A stretch of DNA of 64,000 bases from an uncultured Eubacteriales bacterium (GTDB taxonomy: Bacteria > Bacillota > Clostridia > Christensenellales > Borkfalkiaceae). The stretch covers positions 10,339 through 74,338 of the forward strand of contig UQTB01000006.1 of NCBI GenBank assembly GCA_900543915.1, in the 5' to 3' direction. Below the pieces are notes generated by a model. The model was not told the DNA's origin. It ran no database searches and was given only the letters and a program-made list of their open reading frames with translations. Below are positions 39,674-49,176 of this stretch, in pieces; positions within the stretch are counted from its first letter, which is position 1; every line of letters starts with the position of its first letter. A program made the translations under genes and the position numbers.

Positions 39674-40028
39674 AGTTTCGGCTGCAGTCATAGCGGAATG
39701 GCGGGCAAACGCACGCAGGGAGACGACGGCAACGCCGCCCCTGCGCAGCCGATTGCCGCAGAAGATGGGGTTTTATATTCGCATGATGTCCACATACTGG
39801 ATAAAAGCACAGACAGGCTTATTGCTTTATCCCTGCATCCGAAAATGATATAAACAGGAATTGGCTCAAAACAGAGAATTTTTAAAAACGTAAAAAACTC
39901 CCGAAAAGAAGTTCGTCCGCGTTGCGCCGAAGTATCGCAGAACGTTTCGGGGAAAGGAGAAACCGACGAAAAACTGACAGGAGACGGCATATCGCCGTCT
40001 CCTGTTTACATGCGTCGTGTTTCGACGC

Positions 40029-40049
40029 GTTGGCGGAGGCTGAGGGATT
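40029..40049 (-). repeat. 21-bp direct repeat of the tRNA-Ser 3' end (att-like scar)
   Basis: TGGCGGAGGCTGAGGGATTCG at 40029-40049 is identical to the 3' terminal 21 nt of the tRNA-Ser gene at 40212-40232, including the CCA, in the same orientation. Confidence 0.7.
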
Positions 40050-40211
40050 CGTAAGGAGCTCTGCGACGGAATAGCGCAGCCTTGCGGAGCGTCACGCGTT
40101 CTGTTCCCGAACGCCGAAGCAACACACGGCAAGGCGTTTTTGACGAGAGAGAAAAAAGGAAAGCAAACAGCTTTCCTTTTTTCTTTCTCGGCCTTGAGCA
40201 AATGCCGTGTA

Positions 40212-40300
40212 TGGCGGAGGCTGAGGGATTCGAACCCCCGTGGGCTTTCACCCAAACGGTTTTCAAGACCGCCTCGTTATGACCGCTTCGATAAGCCTCC
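40212..40300 (-). tRNA. tRNA-Ser (anticodon UGA)
   Basis: Reverse complement reads GGAGGCTTATCGAAGCGGTCATAACGAGGCGGTCTTGAAAACCGTTTGGGTGAAAGCCCACGGGGGTTCGAATCCCTCAGCCTCCGCCA: anticodon loop CTTGAAA, long variable arm, TTCGAAT T-loop, encoded CCA. Closely parallels E. coli tRNA-Ser(UGA). Confidence 0.85.
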
Positions 40301-40361
40301 GGCCAATATATTGTAACCGATTTATGCGCGGAAAGCAAGCGTTTCACTTCAAATTTTTCCG

Positions 40362-41240
40362 CTATACGTCCTCTTTCAGATGATCCTGAAAGCCCTCGCC
40401 GTAAATCTCTTTCGCCCCCGAGACGATCATAAAGGCGCGCGGGTCGGCTTCGCGGACGATATCCTTCAGCTTCGGATAGAGATGTTTCTTGATCGCGATC
40501 ATCACGATCTTTTTTTCCGCATTCGTATAGACGCCGGTTCCGTGAAGATACGTCGCGCCGATATCCAGCGTCTGCAACGCACGTGCGGCGATCTCTTCAA
40601 AGTGCTCGCTGACGATATAGACGAGCTTCGCCTCATTCCCGCCGTAAATGACAAAGTCCATGACCACGCCGTTGACTAAAATCGCCACCGCCGCATACAT
40701 CGCGAGCTCGATATCGCAAAAGACGATGCCGGAGATGATCGCGATTGTCAGATCGACGATCAGAAACAAGGCGCCCGTCTTGATATGCCGGTAGCGGGAC
40801 CGCAGAATTTTGACGATGATATCCGTTCCCCCCGTCGTACAGCCCATCCGGAAGACGATGCCCAGCCCCAGCGCAGAGACCGCCCCGCCGAAGAGCGCGG
40901 AAAGGAGCAGATCGTCCGTAACCGGAATCAGCGGGCCGAACAGCCAGGCCGCTCCGTCGATGGACGCAGAGAAGACGATCGTGGCATAGACGGTCGAAAA
41001 TAAAAATTCTCTTCCGAACTTCCACAATCCGAGCGCCAAAAGCGGAATATTGAGGCAGAATACGAGCGTTCCCGTGGGAACGGGGATAAAATTGCCCAAA
41101 ATGATCGCTATGCCGGATACGCCGCCCGGCGCGAGGTTATGCGGCTCCAAAAATACGGACAGCCCCGCTCCCCCGATGACGCCGCCCAGCGTGATCATCA
41201 GAACCCTTGCGATTTTTTTCCACGTAACTATTTTTTTCAT
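40362..41240 (-). CDS. YitT-family membrane protein (DUF161/DUF2179)
   Basis: 292 aa: N-terminal multi-TM domain plus C-terminal DUF2179-like soluble domain. Confidence 0.75.
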   Translation of the reverse strand: MKKIVTWKKIARVLMITLGGVIGGAGLSVFLEPHNLAPGGVSGIAIILGNFIPVPTGTLVFCLNIPLLALGLWKFGREFLFSTVYATIVFSASIDGAAWLFGPLIPVTDDLLLSALFGGAVSALGLGIVFRMGCTTGGTDIIVKILRSRYRHIKTGALFLIVDLTIAIISGIVFCDIELAMYAAVAILVNGVVMDFVIYGGNEAKLVYIVSEHFEEIAARALQTLDIGATYLHGTGVYTNAEKKIVMIAIKKHLYPKLKDIVREADPRAFMIVSGAKEIYGEGFQDHLKEDV

Positions 41241-41495
41241 ATTACCCCATCATTTTACCACGAACGGCGGAAAAAGTAAACACTTTTGCCCCTTTCTCCC
41301 GAGCGCGTTTTGCCGCGCGGAACCGCCCGCCGTTTAAGGTGCATTTTCAGCAGGCACAAGAGACAGGAGAGACCTCTCTTATCGGCCGTCCGTTCTGATT
41401 TTCGCCCTCTTTTCCCTCCGCTATACCGGCCGCATCTTTTTCGGGCGAAAAAAACGCGCCTTTCAGGGCGCGTTTTAAGTTTTAAAACCTTTCGG

Positions 41496-43307
41496 TCACG
41501 ATTCAAACTGGCTGTTATAGAGCGAAGCGTAAAAGCCGTCGGCGGCAAGCAGATCGTCGTGCGAGCCCTGTTCGATGATATTGCCGTCTTTCATCACCAG
41601 AATCAGGTCGGCGTTTTTGATGGTGGAAAGCCTGTGCGCGATGACGAAGCTCGTTCTGCCGGCAGTCAGGCGATCCATTGCGTCCTGAATCAGCTGCTCG
41701 GTGCGGGTATCGACGTTGGACGTCGCCTCGTCCAAAATCAGCATGGGGCTGTCCTGTACCATGGCGCGGGCGATGGTGAGAAGCTGGCGCTGCCCGCCGG
41801 ACAGATTGGTATCGTCATCCAGAACCATGTCGTAGCCGCCCGCAAAGGTGCTGATGAAGTGGTCGGCGTTCGCGGCGCGGCAGGCCTCTTCGATCTCCCC
41901 GTCCGTGGCGTCCCGCTTGGCGTAAGCGACGTTCTCGCGGATGGTGCCGTTAAAGAGCCATGTATCCTGCAGCACCATGCCGAACAGCGACCGCACCGCC
42001 TCCCGCTTCACCGAAGAAACGGGGACGCCGTCGATGAGGATCTCCCCTCCGCTCACCTCGTAAAAGCGCATCAGCAGGTTGACCATCGTGGTCTTGCCCG
42101 CCCCCGTGGGACCGACGATCGCCACCTTCTGCCCGGGCTCGATTACGGCGGAAAAGTTGTGGATAATCTCCCGATCGGGCGTGTAACCGAACCGCACGTT
42201 CCTGAATTCCACCCTTCCGGTGACGTTTTCGATCGCGTCCGGCTTGCCGGTTTCGTCTTCCTGTTCGGGTTCGTCGAGGAACTCAAACACGCGTTCCGCC
42301 GCGGCCGCGGTGGACTGCAGCGTGTTCGCCACCTGCGCGATCTGATTGATGGGATTCTGGAACAGGCGCACATAGATGAAAAAGGAGGTGATGATACCGG
42401 GTTCCGCGATCCTGCCGTTGATAAACAGCAAAACGCCCACCACCGCGACCGCCACGTAGCCGAGGTTGGATACGAACGTCATGAGCGGCATCATCAGACC
42501 GGACAAAAACTGCGATTTCCAGGCGCTGTTGAACAGATTCCGGTTGGTCCGGTCGAAATCCTCGCGCACTTTCTGCTCGGCGTTAAACGCCTTGACGACG
42601 TTCTGTCCGGCATACGTCTCCTCGATCTTTCCGTTGAGTTCGCCCAGGTAATTTTGCTGGCCGATAAAGTATTTCTGGGACTTTCCGACGATGAGGAGCA
42701 TCAGCAACATGCCGAGCGGCACGGTCAGAAGGGCGGTCAGCGCCATTTCCCACCGCGTGACGAACATCGCGATCAGCACGCCGCCCAGCATGATGACGGA
42801 GGAAATCAGCGTGCTCACGCTCTGGTTCAGCGTCTGTCCGATGGTGTCCACGTCGTTGGTCACGCGGGAGAGCACGTCTCCGTAGCTGCGCGAATCGAAA
42901 TATCTGAGCGGCACGTCGTTGATCTTTTTAGCGATCAGCCCGCGCATCCGTTTGGAAGTCTTCTGATTGACGCCTGCCATCAGGAAGGACTGAACGTAAT
43001 TCAAAAGAAAGGTCGCGCCGTAAAAGATCACGAGCGTGACGCCGATCCGGCCGACCTCGCCCATATCGATGGGAATGCCGAACACCGCCACGAAGATCTC
43101 GTTCGTAATATCGTTGATATAGCCGGGCGCCAGCACGCTCAGCACAGTCGCCGCCGCCGAAAACAGCAGCGCCAGGATAATCGCGGGATACTGCGGCTTT
43201 AAAAAGAGCACCAGCCGCTTGATGGAAGCCTTGAAATTCTTGGGCTTTTCAAATCCGCCCCGCCCCATGGGGCCGCCCGCGGGGCGCATGGGTCTTCTTT
43301 CGCTCAT
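41496..43307 (-). CDS. ABC transporter ATP-binding/permease (heterodimeric multidrug-type exporter, subunit 2)
   Basis: N-terminal 6-TM domain, GPTGAGKTT, LSGGQRQLLTIARAM, LILDEATSNVD. Confidence 0.85.
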   Translation of the reverse strand: MSERRPMRPAGGPMGRGGFEKPKNFKASIKRLVLFLKPQYPAIILALLFSAAATVLSVLAPGYINDITNEIFVAVFGIPIDMGEVGRIGVTLVIFYGATFLLNYVQSFLMAGVNQKTSKRMRGLIAKKINDVPLRYFDSRSYGDVLSRVTNDVDTIGQTLNQSVSTLISSVIMLGGVLIAMFVTRWEMALTALLTVPLGMLLMLLIVGKSQKYFIGQQNYLGELNGKIEETYAGQNVVKAFNAEQKVREDFDRTNRNLFNSAWKSQFLSGLMMPLMTFVSNLGYVAVAVVGVLLFINGRIAEPGIITSFFIYVRLFQNPINQIAQVANTLQSTAAAAERVFEFLDEPEQEDETGKPDAIENVTGRVEFRNVRFGYTPDREIIHNFSAVIEPGQKVAIVGPTGAGKTTMVNLLMRFYEVSGGEILIDGVPVSSVKREAVRSLFGMVLQDTWLFNGTIRENVAYAKRDATDGEIEEACRAANADHFISTFAGGYDMVLDDDTNLSGGQRQLLTIARAMVQDSPMLILDEATSNVDTRTEQLIQDAMDRLTAGRTSFVIAHRLSTIKNADLILVMKDGNIIEQGSHDDLLAADGFYASLYNSQFES

Positions 43308-45034
43308 AAGCCGAGTTCCTCCTTGGAGAGCTGAGAAAGCGCGATCTCCCGATAGACCGGGCAGGTTTTCAGGAGCTCCTCGTGCGTTCCCTGTCCGACG
43401 GCGACGCCGCGGTCCAGCACGATGATGAGATCCGCGTCGCGGATGGTGCCGATGCGCTGCGCGACGATGAGGGACGTCGCGTTCTTCGTATACTCCTTGA
43501 GCCGGCTGCGCACTTCGCGGTCGGTCTTATAGTCCAGCGCGGAAAAGGAATCGTCGAAGATGAAGATTTCCGGGTCGATGGCGGCCGCCCGCGCAATGGA
43601 GAGACGCTGCTTCTGCCCGCCGGAGACGTTCTTTCCTCCCTGCGAGATGTGGGAATCATACCCCTCTTCCATCTGCTCGACGAACTCGGAGGCCATGGCG
43701 ACTTCTGCCGCGGAACGGATTTTCTGATCGTCCGTCACGCCGCCGTAACCGATGTTGGAGGCCACCGTGCCCGAAAAGAGCGTGCCCTTCTGCGGGACGT
43801 AGCCGATCCGCGCGCGCAGATCGGCCTGCCGGACCTCTCTGACGTTCACGCCGTCCACCAGCACTTCCCCTTCCGTCGCGTCGTAAAAGCGCGGGATCAG
43901 GTTGACGAGCGTGGATTTTCCCGAGCCCGTCGCCCCGATAAACGCCACGGTATCCCCCTGCTTTGCGCGGAAAGAGATATCTTTCAGCACGTAGCCGTCC
44001 GCATCCGGATAGCGGAAGGAGACGTTTTTCATCTCCACCGTCGCCCGTTCGGTAAAGGGCTTCGGCTCGGCGGGTTCCCCGATCCTGTTCTCCGTCTCCA
44101 GCACCTCGTTGATGCGCTTTGCGGAAACGCTCGCGCGCGGAAGCATGATAAACAGCATGGTCAGCATCATAAACGCCATTAAAACCTGCATCGCCAGCAT
44201 GGAAAAGGCGGTCATCGTCGCGAAGTCCAGCGAGCCCTCGTTGATGAGGGAAGCGCCCAGCCAGTAGATCGCCAGCGTGATGCCGTTCATGACGAGCATC
44301 ATAAACGGGCTCATCAGCCCCATCACGCGGTTGGTGAAGAGGTTGACGCGCGTGACTTCCTCGTTTACCTTGCCGAACTTCTCCTCCTGATACTGTTCCG
44401 CGTTGTAGGCGCGCACCACGCGGAGACCGGTCAGGTTTTCGCGGGTCACGCCGTTCAGCCGGTCGGTCAGCCGCTGAATGAGCTTGAACTTGGGCATGAC
44501 GATGACGAATATCGTGATCAGAACCGCCACCAGCACGCACAGGGCGACGGCGGTCGCCGCCGTCAGCGTCGCGCTCGTAGCCTGGATCCGGAAGATCGCC
44601 CATATCGCCGTGATGGGCGCGGAGATCGCCATGCGGAGAATCATCACCACCGCCATCTGCACCTGCTGGATATCGTTGGTCGAACGCGTAATCAGGCTGG
44701 GCGTGGAAAAACGGTTGATCTCTTCAAAGGAAAAAGAGACGACTTTTCTGTACACGTCCCCCCTGAGAGAATACGAAAAATGGGCGGATACGTAAGCGGC
44801 GATAAAGCCGATCGCCATAGAGCACGCCATGCTTCCCAGCGCGAGGAGCAGCATCGTGCCGCCGATGGAAAGAACGGAGCCGACCGTCGCGCCCTCGTTC
44901 GTGATTTCGCTGATGATATTCGCGGAGTAGGTGGGGAGTTCCAGGTCGAACCACACCTGCGCCACGGTAAGCCCCAGGATGAGCGCGGTCAAAATCCAAT
45001 CCACGGGTCGGAACCGCTTTAACAGCTTAATCAT
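43304..45034 (-). CDS. ABC transporter ATP-binding/permease (heterodimeric exporter, subunit 1)
   Basis: TM domain plus GATGSGKST, VSGGQKQRLSIARAA, FIFDDSFSALD. Overlaps the neighbouring genes by 4 nt at both ends. Confidence 0.85.
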   Translation of the reverse strand: MIKLLKRFRPVDWILTALILGLTVAQVWFDLELPTYSANIISEITNEGATVGSVLSIGGTMLLLALGSMACSMAIGFIAAYVSAHFSYSLRGDVYRKVVSFSFEEINRFSTPSLITRSTNDIQQVQMAVVMILRMAISAPITAIWAIFRIQATSATLTAATAVALCVLVAVLITIFVIVMPKFKLIQRLTDRLNGVTRENLTGLRVVRAYNAEQYQEEKFGKVNEEVTRVNLFTNRVMGLMSPFMMLVMNGITLAIYWLGASLINEGSLDFATMTAFSMLAMQVLMAFMMLTMLFIMLPRASVSAKRINEVLETENRIGEPAEPKPFTERATVEMKNVSFRYPDADGYVLKDISFRAKQGDTVAFIGATGSGKSTLVNLIPRFYDATEGEVLVDGVNVREVRQADLRARIGYVPQKGTLFSGTVASNIGYGGVTDDQKIRSAAEVAMASEFVEQMEEGYDSHISQGGKNVSGGQKQRLSIARAAAIDPEIFIFDDSFSALDYKTDREVRSRLKEYTKNATSLIVAQRIGTIRDADLIIVLDRGVAVGQGTHEELLKTCPVYREIALSQLSKEELGL

Positions 45035-45480
45035 AAGACCTCCTTTTTGATTTTATCCATTTCCTCTCTCATCCCCTCTGCAAAACGGCTGTTCAGATCG
45101 AACAGCGCGGTTTTTTCCGCTTCGGTAAAGCGCGCCAGCACCCGCTGAAAAAAGCCGGTGACTGCGCGGTCAAACTCGTAAAAGCACTTTTCTCCCCGTT
45201 CGGTCAGGCGCACGGTCACGTTGCGGCGGTCGGCGGAATCCGCCTCGCGCACCACATACCCCTTTTCTTCGAGCGACCGCACCGTGCGCGACACGGCCGG
45301 AAGAGATACGTCCATCCATTCCGCCAGCACCGAAATGCCGGCGCCGTTCTTCTCGCAGAAATGCACCGCCCCCAGCAGCTCGAATTCCCCCTGCGAGAAA
45401 TCCCGCCGCAGTACCGCCACGCCCAGCAGGCGGTGCAGCTTGCGCATTTCAAAAAACAAGCCGGGCGCGGGCGCTTTCAT
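45031..45480 (-). CDS. MarR-family transcriptional regulator
   Basis: 149 aa with a winged-helix core (LLGAVHF....ISVLAEWMDVSLPAVSRTVRSLEEKGYVVR). Confidence 0.8.
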   Translation of the reverse strand: MKAPAPGLFFEMRKLHRLLGVAVLRRDFSQGEFELLGAVHFCEKNGAGISVLAEWMDVSLPAVSRTVRSLEEKGYVVREADSADRRNVTVRLTERGEKCFYEFDRAVTGFFQRVLARFTEAEKTALFDLNSRFAEGMREEMDKIKKEVL

Positions 45481-46202
45481 TGCCGATCCCCCTCCCCCGT
45501 CAGTTTATGGCGGATACTCTGCATGCGCACGTCCAGACAGGTGATCTGATCGGCGCAGGCTTTCAGCTCCGCCGAGATCTCGGCGGCGTTCGCGATCTCT
45601 TTTTTGTATTTCAGCTGATGCTCTAAGCTCGCCCAGAAATCCATGGCGATGGTGCGGATCTGCACCTCCACCCGCTGCAAATGCTTCTGGTCGGAGTAGT
45701 AGACGGGCACGGAAACGATGAGGTGAAGGCTCCGGTACCCGTTTTCTTTGGGCGAAGCGATGTAATCGCGCACGTCCAGCACCTCGATGTCGTCCTGCAT
45801 GCCGAGCATGCTCGCGACCTCGTAAATATCCTCGATAAACGCGCAGATCACGCGCACGCCCGCGACGTCGTTCAGGTTGTCGCGGATGGATTCGCACGTC
45901 AGGGGCAGCCCCTTGCGCATCAGCTTTTCGGCGATGCTCCTGGGCTTTTTCAGGCGGGACTTGATGCTCTGAATGGGCGTGCGCTCTTTCAGCACGCTGA
46001 ATTCCTCGTTGAGGATCTCGAGACGCGTCTTCAGCGTGCTCATCGCGGAGCTGTAGCGGAACATCAGCTCTTTGAATGAAACGACCTCTTCCAATATATT
46101 CGGAACGGCCTCTTCCTGCGCCTCCGGTATCCCCGCTTCCCTGACAAATTCGATCGCGTTGATGATGGTCTTTCCTTCTTCCATACTTTTTCCTTTTAAC
46201 AA
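45477..46202 (-). CDS. Small alarmone synthetase (GTP pyrophosphokinase, RelQ/RelP/YjbM family)
   Basis: RelA/SpoT synthetase domain (DVAGVRVICAFIEDIY...GYRSLHLIV...RVEVQIRTIAMDFWASLEH); no hydrolase or regulatory domains. Its stop overlaps the MarR start. Confidence 0.8.
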   Translation of the reverse strand: MLKGKSMEEGKTIINAIEFVREAGIPEAQEEAVPNILEEVVSFKELMFRYSSAMSTLKTRLEILNEEFSVLKERTPIQSIKSRLKKPRSIAEKLMRKGLPLTCESIRDNLNDVAGVRVICAFIEDIYEVASMLGMQDDIEVLDVRDYIASPKENGYRSLHLIVSVPVYYSDQKHLQRVEVQIRTIAMDFWASLEHQLKYKKEIANAAEISAELKACADQITCLDVRMQSIRHKLTGEGDRQ

Positions 46203-46325
46203 TTAACCAAGTGAATGCTTAACGTTGTTCAGTATATCATATCGAAATCCTGGTTGTCAAACGTTTCAAGGGGAAAAACGGCGAAAAAAAAGAGGAGATG
46301 TTTTCTCCTCTTTCGTTTTTTCCGG

Positions 46326-47672
46326 TCAGGGCGTGACGCGGTTGATATCCCGCGGGAACAGGCTGGCGCAGCGCACGTTCCTGAACCCCAGAAGGTTCAT
46401 CGTGAGGCGCTCCAGCCCGAGCCCCAGTCCGCCGTGCGGGGGCACGCCGTATTTATGCAGCATCAGATAGCTCTCGAAATCGTCCGGATTCATGCCGCGC
46501 GCGCGCATCTTCGCGACCTGTTCGCCGTAATCGTGAATGCGCTGGCCGCCCGTCGTGACCTCCATTCCGCGGAACAGCAGGTCGAACGACAGCGTGTAAG
46601 CGGGATCGGCGGGATCGTCCATCGCGTAGAAGGGGCGTTTCGCCGAAGGATAGTGCGTCACGAAAATAAACTCGCTGCCGAATTCCTTTTCGGCGTACTG
46701 GCACATCAGCTGCTCCTCTTCCGGCTCGAAGTCGTTGAAATCCGTGATATTTTTCCTGTACTTCTCGGTGATGATCTTCTTTGCGTCCATGAACTTGATG
46801 CACGGGATCTCGTCGATCACGGGGATCTTCGCGCCGAGCAGCGCAACTTCCTTCGCGTACTCCGTGCGCAAAAGCTCCATGATGTATTTGAGCGCCCCCG
46901 TCTCCATGTTCATGATATCGGTGAAGCTGTCGATGAACCCCATCTCGAAATCCATGGAGATGTACTCGTTCAGGTGGCGGGACGTATCGTGGTGCTCCGC
47001 CCGGAACACAGGTCCGATCTCGAACACGCGCTCGAAGACGGAGACCATCGTCTGCTTGTAAAACTGCGGGCTCTGCGCCAGAAATACCTGTTTGCCGAAA
47101 TAGTCCAGCTTAAAGATATTGGCGCCGCCCTCCGCGCCCGCGAAGTTGATCTTGGGCGTGCGGATCTCCGTAAAATCGTTCTTCTGCAAAAATTCGCGGA
47201 ATCCCCGCGCGATTCCCTCCTGGATCTTGAAAATCGCCCGCTCTCTGGGGTTTCTCAGCGTAATGGGGCGGTAATTCAAATTGGTGTCCAAAGGCACGTT
47301 GTCGAGCTGCTTTTTGTTGATGACGATGGGCATCTGCTCCGCGGGAGAAGAGAGCACTTTCAGGTCGTGAATCTGAATCTCGAACCGGTCGTTCCCCGCG
47401 CGGTCCTTGCTGCCGACCACCTTGCCCGTCACGCGGACGGTGCAGCCCTCCACGATATCGTCTCTCCACCTGAAATCCGAAAACTCGGGCGAATACACGC
47501 ACTGCACCTCGTCGCGCATGGTGCGCAGGATCACAAAGGAAAACCCCGTCATCTCGCGGATACGGTGAATGAACCCGTCGACGGAAACGACGCCGTCCGC
47601 ATGCTCCTTCAGCTGATCGACCGCGACGGTGGACGGCACGATGACCCCGTTGATTTTTTCCATAAAAAACAC
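46326..47672 (-). CDS. aspS: Class IIb aminoacyl-tRNA synthetase, short archaeal-type aspartate--tRNA ligase (AspRS type 2; AsnRS not fully excluded)
   Basis: N-terminal anticodon-binding OB fold, motif 2 FRAE, QSPQFYKQ (AspRS-type rather than the AsnRS QSGQL), motif 3 GGLGLGLERL; 448 aa. An intrinsic terminator lies downstream at about 46285-46322. Confidence 0.7.
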   Translation of the reverse strand: MFFMEKINGVIVPSTVAVDQLKEHADGVVSVDGFIHRIREMTGFSFVILRTMRDEVQCVYSPEFSDFRWRDDIVEGCTVRVTGKVVGSKDRAGNDRFEIQIHDLKVLSSPAEQMPIVINKKQLDNVPLDTNLNYRPITLRNPRERAIFKIQEGIARGFREFLQKNDFTEIRTPKINFAGAEGGANIFKLDYFGKQVFLAQSPQFYKQTMVSVFERVFEIGPVFRAEHHDTSRHLNEYISMDFEMGFIDSFTDIMNMETGALKYIMELLRTEYAKEVALLGAKIPVIDEIPCIKFMDAKKIITEKYRKNITDFNDFEPEEEQLMCQYAEKEFGSEFIFVTHYPSAKRPFYAMDDPADPAYTLSFDLLFRGMEVTTGGQRIHDYGEQVAKMRARGMNPDDFESYLMLHKYGVPPHGGLGLGLERLTMNLLGFRNVRCASLFPRDINRVTP

Positions 47673-47771
47673 ATCCCTTCGCCGCGCAACAGCGCGGCAT
47701 TTTTCTTACGGATTTATTTTACACTTTCTCGCCGCTTTTGGCAAGTATTTGAACCCCGCTTTCGGCAAAAG

Positions 47772-48785
47772 TCACTCCATATCGGGGTCTTTCCAGCCGG
47801 ATACTTTCCCCATCACGTACGTGCCGTCGCAGAATAGATCCACCCAGTAGCGCGTCTTCTCCTCCCCCATCAGCTCGCCGTTCTCGTTGCAGCCGTCCCC
47901 GCACATGACGAGGGGATAACCGTAAAGCCCTTCGATTGCGGGCGAAGCGCCGACCGCCAGCTTGCTGAAGACGATCATCCCGCGGTCCCCCGCCTTCCAC
48001 GTATCCTTGGGAAAATTGACGAGAATCATCTGCGTGAAATCGCGCGGCTCGGAATAGAGATAGATCTGATCGGGCTCCGCGTCCAGTATGGGCGAGCCGG
48101 CGGAGACCTGTACGATCTCCATCGCGCTGTTCAGCCCCGCGATCGCGCCGGAGAGCTCGCTCTCGGTCACGAATCCCGCAATGTCTTCCGCCGTCGCATA
48201 ACCGCTCAGATCGTCCGCCGTGGCGTAACCTGTCAGCTCCTCTTTGGTCGCAAGCGCCGAAAGTTCGCTCTTTTGCGCGTACTGCTCCAGCTGCGACTCC
48301 TTCACGTATTCCGAAAGGTCGGGCGCCGCCGCTCCTCCCAGCTTTTCCTCCACAAACGCTTCCATTTCGGCGCGCTTTACGTAGCCCGCCAGCTGTTTTT
48401 CCACCAATGCCATAAAATCCTCCCTCGTTTCGTATTCCGCCCCCGTCAGCGAAGGGAGCACGTCCAGCGTAAAGACCTCCGTCTGAAAGACGAAGTCCTC
48501 TCCCTCGAACACGACCTGCATTCTGAGCGGCCCCGCGACCGCGGTCTGCTTTTTGTCGATCTTCCAGTCAAACCGGACGGCCGTTTCGTCCGCGCTCTTT
48601 TGCAGGGGCACTTTTTCCGCGTACCAGTCCGACCGCAGGAATTTCATGAAAGCGGAAGCGGCGGAGAGATCCAGCGCCCCGTATGCGCGCGCGCATTCAA
48701 AGGTGATCGTATCTCCGCCGTCATCCCCGCGAAATACCCGGACCGGAGGCAGCTTTACCGTTTTTTCATTGATATTTGCCGTCAT
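47772..48785 (-). CDS. Orphan phage tail-like protein: BppU-family N-terminal domain + coiled-coil/repeat stalk + C-terminal putative receptor-binding domain
   Basis: True start MTANINEK at 48785 with AAGGAG RBS. The N-terminal ~120 aa follow the BppU_N pattern (VRVFRGDDGGDTITFE...DLS...FMKF.RSD......L......V.F...I.....AG.L..QVVFEGEDFVFQTEVFTLDV); then tandem LSxYxxxxEL/GYAT repeats. The ORF-track extension runs into repeat copy C'. Confidence 0.55.
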   Translation of the reverse strand: MTANINEKTVKLPPVRVFRGDDGGDTITFECARAYGALDLSAASAFMKFLRSDWYAEKVPLQKSADETAVRFDWKIDKKQTAVAGPLRMQVVFEGEDFVFQTEVFTLDVLPSLTGAEYETREDFMALVEKQLAGYVKRAEMEAFVEEKLGGAAAPDLSEYVKESQLEQYAQKSELSALATKEELTGYATADDLSGYATAEDIAGFVTESELSGAIAGLNSAMEIVQVSAGSPILDAEPDQIYLYSEPRDFTQMILVNFPKDTWKAGDRGMIVFSKLAVGASPAIEGLYGYPLVMCGDGCNENGELMGEEKTRYWVDLFCDGTYVMGKVSGWKDPDME

Positions 48786-48980
48786 ATAAAACTCCTTTCC
48801 GGCGCCTGCCCGTGTCGGCGCCTTACCCTTACAGTATAACGCCTTTTTTCCCCGCCGCAAGGGGGATATGACAGCCGGAAGGAAAAAAACCGAATTTTTG
48901 TCCGACAGCCGCTGCGGATGCGCGCAAAAAAAACGCCGGTGCGGCCGGCGGATATGCGTAAACAGGCTGTCAGGCGGGTG

Positions 48981-49176
48981 AATCAAAACCACCGGTAAAA
49001 CCGGTGGTTTGCTCATACCCTGAAAAGGGAAAATACCAGCTGCCCCGTCAACGGGTATCGCTTTTACTACAGCGTCTTATTGCTCCACACACCTGTAAAA
49101 CAGGTCCCTTATTCTATTATCGAACTGTATTATCTTAACTATGTTGAACCGGGGAATTTTTCATGCGAAAGCGCCG
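48981..49176 (+). repeat. Dispersed structured repeat family 2, copy C' (~195 bp)
   Basis: AATCAAAACCACCGGTAAAACCGGTGGTTTGC...CCCTGAAAAGGG...CCCCGTCAACGGGTATCGCTTTTACTACAGC...TGTAAAACAGG...TTATTATCGAACTGTATTA...AACCGGGGAATTTTTCATGCGAAAGCGCC, collinear with copies A' and B'. Confidence 0.75.

Noticed and set aside
39688-39990. 100-aa minus-strand ORF between the AT-rich segment and tRNA-Ser
   Set aside because: Its low-complexity Ser/Pro/Cys-rich translation has no RBS and overlaps a terminator-like hairpin (39977-40010); it is probably non-coding.
41286-43202. 638-aa plus-strand ORF across the ABC exporter gene
   Set aside because: It is antisense to a gene with complete ABC motifs.
46215-47837. 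540-aa plus-strand ORF across aspS
   Set aside because: It is antisense to the class II aaRS gene, whose motifs 2 and 3 are in the minus frame.
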